Of a stretch of 64,000 nucleotides of DNA, positions 61,011 through 64,000 are shown one piece after another. The stretch is from the NCBI GenBank assembly GCA_028282585.1, contig JANQHR010000080.1, positions 1 to 64,000 of the forward strand, in the 5' to 3' direction. The stretch comes from Bacteroidales bacterium. GTDB lineage: Bacteria; Bacteroidota; Bacteroidia; Bacteroidales; UBA12077. Made by a program: the position numbers and the translations under genes. Each line of letters begins with the position of its first letter. The stretch's first letter is position 1. The notes beneath the pieces are model-generated. The model saw only the letters and a program-made list of their open reading frames with translations. It was not told the origin of the DNA and ran no database searches.

Positions 61011-61721
61011 CTAACTATTTAAACTCTTAAGTACCTTGTTTTTATAATTTCTTCCAATTGTAAAACGTTTATCCCTAATTTCTACTGAAGAAGAAGTAAA
61101 TAAGTCAACTTTATCAGTGTTTACGATATAAGACCTGTGAATCCTTAAAAAATTATTAGGTAATGCTTTCTCAATGAAAGATAAGCTTTCGTAACAAATA
61201 ATGGAAAGATCTTCAGTATGAACTTTTATATAATTATCAAGGCTTTCAATAAACAATATATGATTAAATCTTATCTTATAATTCTTTTTATCTGATTTTA
61301 GTATAATATAATCCTTATAATCACGGGTTTCTTTACTTAATTCAATATTGCCTGGCTCTAGGGCTAAAAATTTATTCACCGCTTTTAAAAACCTCTCAAA
61401 AGAAATAGGTTTTACTAAGTAATCAATTGCTTCTAATTCAAATGCATCAACAGCAAAGCTTCTATAAGCAGTTGTAAATATAACCTTTGGAGGATTTGAA
61501 AGAGATTTCAAAAAACTAATACCGGAAATTCCAGGCATATTAATATCAAGAAATAATAAATCAATCTTATGCGTGTTGAGAGCATCAATTGCATGTAAAG
61601 CTTTAGTAAAGGTCTGAACACATTCAATGCAATCAATTTCCTTCAAATGCTGCTCAATAACTTTAATTGCTATAGGTTCGTCATCTATAATAATGCAACG
61701 GTACTTTACTTTATTATCCAT
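61011..61721 (-). CDS. LytTR-family response regulator
   Basis: IIDDEP, FLDINMP, FLRIHRSYIVN. Confidence 0.95.
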   Translation of the reverse strand: MDNKVKYRCIIIDDEPIAIKVIEQHLKEIDCIECVQTFTKALHAIDALNTHKIDLLFLDINMPGISGISFLKSLSNPPKVIFTTAYRSFAVDAFELEAIDYLVKPISFERFLKAVNKFLALEPGNIELSKETRDYKDYIILKSDKKNYKIRFNHILFIESLDNYIKVHTEDLSIICYESLSFIEKALPNNFLRIHRSYIVNTDKVDLFTSSSVEIRDKRFTIGRNYKNKVLKSLNS

Positions 61722-61722
61722 G

Positions 61723-62796
61723 CTAACTAGTTTGAATTTCTAAATGAACTTTGAAAACTCCATTCTCATTAATAATTTTAAGATTATATTTTCCTTTATA
61801 AATATAATTTAAACGTTCTTTTATATTTTGTAAACCAATTCCCTTTCCTTCTTGATTTAAATATTTATCATTACCTATGTCAGAAATACTATTTTCTGCA
61901 TTAAAAATGATTAAGTTATCACGCTCTAAAAGCTGTAATTCAATAAAATTATCTTTTACATCCTGTAATCCATGTTTAAATGCGTTTTCAATAAAAGGGA
62001 ACAATATTAGTGGTGCTATGGTATATTTTGTTTGTTCAGGAAAACTATACGTAACATTGAAATCCTCATCATGCCTGATTTTTTCTAACGAAATATAATT
62101 CTTTATAAAATCAATTTCTTTGTTTAGATCAACCAACTCATCATTACATTCGTAAAGCATATAATCTAAAAGTTCCGATAATTTAATAATCGTCTCTTTA
62201 GATTGTTCCGGATTATCATTAATTAATCCATACAAGTTATTAAGCATATTAAAAATAAAATGAGGATGAATTTGTCCTTGAAGCAATTTTAATTTAGCTT
62301 CCTTTAGTTTTAATTCGGTTATTTGTTTTTGCTTTTTTATATTATCTTTTTCGTTAAGCCTTCTATACGATTCTTTTATAAAATGAATAACCGCCGCCAT
62401 TATTACTATTAAATAATTACCTGCCACTAATATAACAATATCGTGCCTTTGCGGAATAATCATATTTGGTAAGTTAAATGCACTATAAGCTAAAATAACT
62501 ATAATAGAAAATGAAATTAACCATAAGGTAAAAATGAATATGGCAAAAATAAAATATGTAAAAACCAATATCTTACCTGTAAAAAGATATTTAGGAATAA
62601 TTAAATTATTGATTATTAAGGTAATAAAATAACTAAAAACAATTAATAAACTTACCAGAGTGATTCTAATTTGTAAATCGTAACTTTTATTACTAAAAAT
62701 AAAAAACATTAATAAGGCTGCGATTGTCCAATATATTAAATGAGATAACCAACTGCTTTTTTTAAAGAATAGATCGTATAATCGTTGCTCGTTCAT
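61723..62796 (-). CDS. LytS-type sensor histidine kinase
   Basis: QIHPHFIFNMLNN, ENAFKHG, GIGLQN. Confidence 0.93.
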   Translation of the reverse strand: MNEQRLYDLFFKKSSWLSHLIYWTIAALLMFFIFSNKSYDLQIRITLVSLLIVFSYFITLIINNLIIPKYLFTGKILVFTYFIFAIFIFTLWLISFSIIVILAYSAFNLPNMIIPQRHDIVILVAGNYLIVIMAAVIHFIKESYRRLNEKDNIKKQKQITELKLKEAKLKLLQGQIHPHFIFNMLNNLYGLINDNPEQSKETIIKLSELLDYMLYECNDELVDLNKEIDFIKNYISLEKIRHDEDFNVTYSFPEQTKYTIAPLILFPFIENAFKHGLQDVKDNFIELQLLERDNLIIFNAENSISDIGNDKYLNQEGKGIGLQNIKERLNYIYKGKYNLKIINENGVFKVHLEIQTS

Positions 62797-63009
62797 ATAG
62801 ATTCAAAGATATAACATTAATTACGTTGTATTTAAGTAAAAAAAGAATTTTAAGCGAACTACACATATTCACCCCTAAATAGTTAGTTTGCTTTTGGGAA
62901 CGTTAATCTTGCAACCCGGTAATTAAAAGTTTACATTGGCATAAAACTTTTTGTGTTAATTATTGAAGTAACTAAAATTGTTTTAGTATTAACCAAAAAA
63001 CAATATGAT

Positions 63010-63390
63010 ATGATTTTTGAACATCTAATTATCGGAGGAATTTATTTTATGTTACCTATCTACATAATGTGGATTATTGTAATATTTTTAGGTATTAAGT
63101 TTTTAATTAAATTCAATGTAGAAAATACTGACATTAAAAAACTTACCAAAACAAATTCCTTAATTATTTTCCTTGGGAGTTTTACGTTTCTTTTTGGGTT
63201 ATTAGGTCAGATTTTAGGTATTTATAATGCCTTACAAGCTGTTCAGCAAGCAGGAGATATATCTCCTGCATTAATTGCCGGTGGACTGAGAGTTTCTTTG
63301 TTGGCTCCTTTATACGGATTTTTTCTTTTCCTAATTTCATTTATTACGTGGTTTATATTCAAGAATTTGTTAAAGCAGCAAATTAATTAG
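63010..63390 (+). CDS. Small MotA/TolQ/ExbB-like membrane protein
   Basis: GGIYFM, GLLGQILGIYNAL..AGDISPALIAGGL. Confidence 0.8.
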   Translation: MIFEHLIIGGIYFMLPIYIMWIIVIFLGIKFLIKFNVENTDIKKLTKTNSLIIFLGSFTFLFGLLGQILGIYNALQAVQQAGDISPALIAGGLRVSLLAPLYGFFLFLISFITWFIFKNLLKQQIN

Positions 63391-63398
63391 AAAATTTT

Positions 63399-63466
63399 GA
63401 AGCTGTTTAAAAGTTATAAATATTTATAATTATGAAAATCAACATATTAGATTTTTGAACAGCTTC
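63399..63466. repeat. Minimal MITE-like inverted repeat element, copy 3
   Basis: GAAGCTGTTTAAAAGT ... ATTTTTGAACAGCTTC. Confidence 0.5.
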
Positions 63467-63634
63467 TTTTTATATTTTTATTATTCCAAACTGATTTTAC
63501 TTTTAGTCAAGCAATCTTAAAGCATATTAGATAAAAGGCTAAAATTAATAAGTAAGACTTGATTTTAATAAGGTCTTTTTTGTATCTTGAAAATTTAAAC
63601 AGAAACACTTTTCTCGTTTTATATTAAAAAAGAC

Positions 63635-64000
63635 ATGACTTCACAAGAAATTTTGGAACAACTTAAGGAATTTGGGAACGAGCAAACTAAAAAAGTTTTA
63701 ATCAGGCATGGAGCGCAAGAACCTTTTTATGGTGTTAAAGTTCAAGATTTAAAAAAAATTCAAAAGAAAATTAAGAAAAACCACCATTTAGCACTTGAAC
63801 TTTTTGATACCGGCAATTCAGATGCCATGTACCTGGCTGGTTTAATATCCGAACCTCAAAAAATGTCTAAAGAACAATTACAAGGCTGGGCTGAAAAAGC
63901 ATATTGGTATTATTTAAGTGAATATCCTGTTGCCTGGACCGTTGCAGAAAGTAACTATGGCTGGGAACTTGCTTTGGAATGGATAAAATCCGATAAAGAA
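63635..64000 (+). CDS. DNA alkylation repair protein (AlkD-like), 3'-truncated by the window edge
   Basis: Own translation: MTSQEILEQLKEFGNEQTKKVLIRHGAQEPFYGVKVQDLKKI...LALELFDTGNSDAMYLAGLI... Confidence 0.85.
   Translation, partial: MTSQEILEQLKEFGNEQTKKVLIRHGAQEPFYGVKVQDLKKIQKKIKKNHHLALELFDTGNSDAMYLAGLISEPQKMSKEQLQGWAEKAYWYYLSEYPVAWTVAESNYGWELALEWIKSDKE

Noticed and set aside
2173-62098. Many short ORFs antisense or out of frame within long genes (e.g. 2173-2499, 6286-6957, 39499-39897, 52118-52459, 59047-59654)
   Set aside because: Shadow ORFs of well-supported genes; no motifs or independent expression signals
62850-62955. Possible 21-bp-spaced LytTR boxes and a TGGCAT sigma-54-like box
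   Set aside because: Repeats too weak (GCGAAC/CTAAAT/GGGAAC) and the -12 element is mis-spaced
1-64000. CRISPR array, rRNA, intact transposase/integrase or anti-phage defence operon
   Set aside because: No regularly spaced direct repeats or diagnostic protein motifs seen

Overview
AT-rich bacterial chromosomal window, almost certainly Bacteroidota (Bacteroidales/Marinilabiliales-like), judged from T9SS C-terminal domains, TAnnTTTG -7 promoters and gene content. Core genes are thrS-infC(ATA start)-rpmI-rplT, dapB-lepB-wbqC, tRNA-Leu(GAG), a cobalamin-riboswitch btuB-btuG-DUF71-cobUTSC salvage operon, amgK/RapZ-C/murU, nhaA and several two-component systems. The most interesting items are: (1) a decaying cassette next to tRNA-Leu, largely missed by the ORF track, with an HTH pseudogene, a pseudoknot-like leader RNA, a double-glycine precursor peptide, a secreted protein and a deletion scar ending in an HlyD tail; (2) a DUF3098/ECF-sigma/anti-sigma operon and a convergent DUF2723 (TMEM260-like) glycosyltransferase that share the identical promoter motif TGAACC-N13-GTGTAC; (3) a T9SS-secreted pseudo-dimeric cyanophycinase beside a YfcC transporter; (4) a stand-alone candidate sRNA; (5) heptamer-repeat tracts in the cob operon and a small MITE-like family. 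All family assignments come from motif recognition by eye; no database searches were run.
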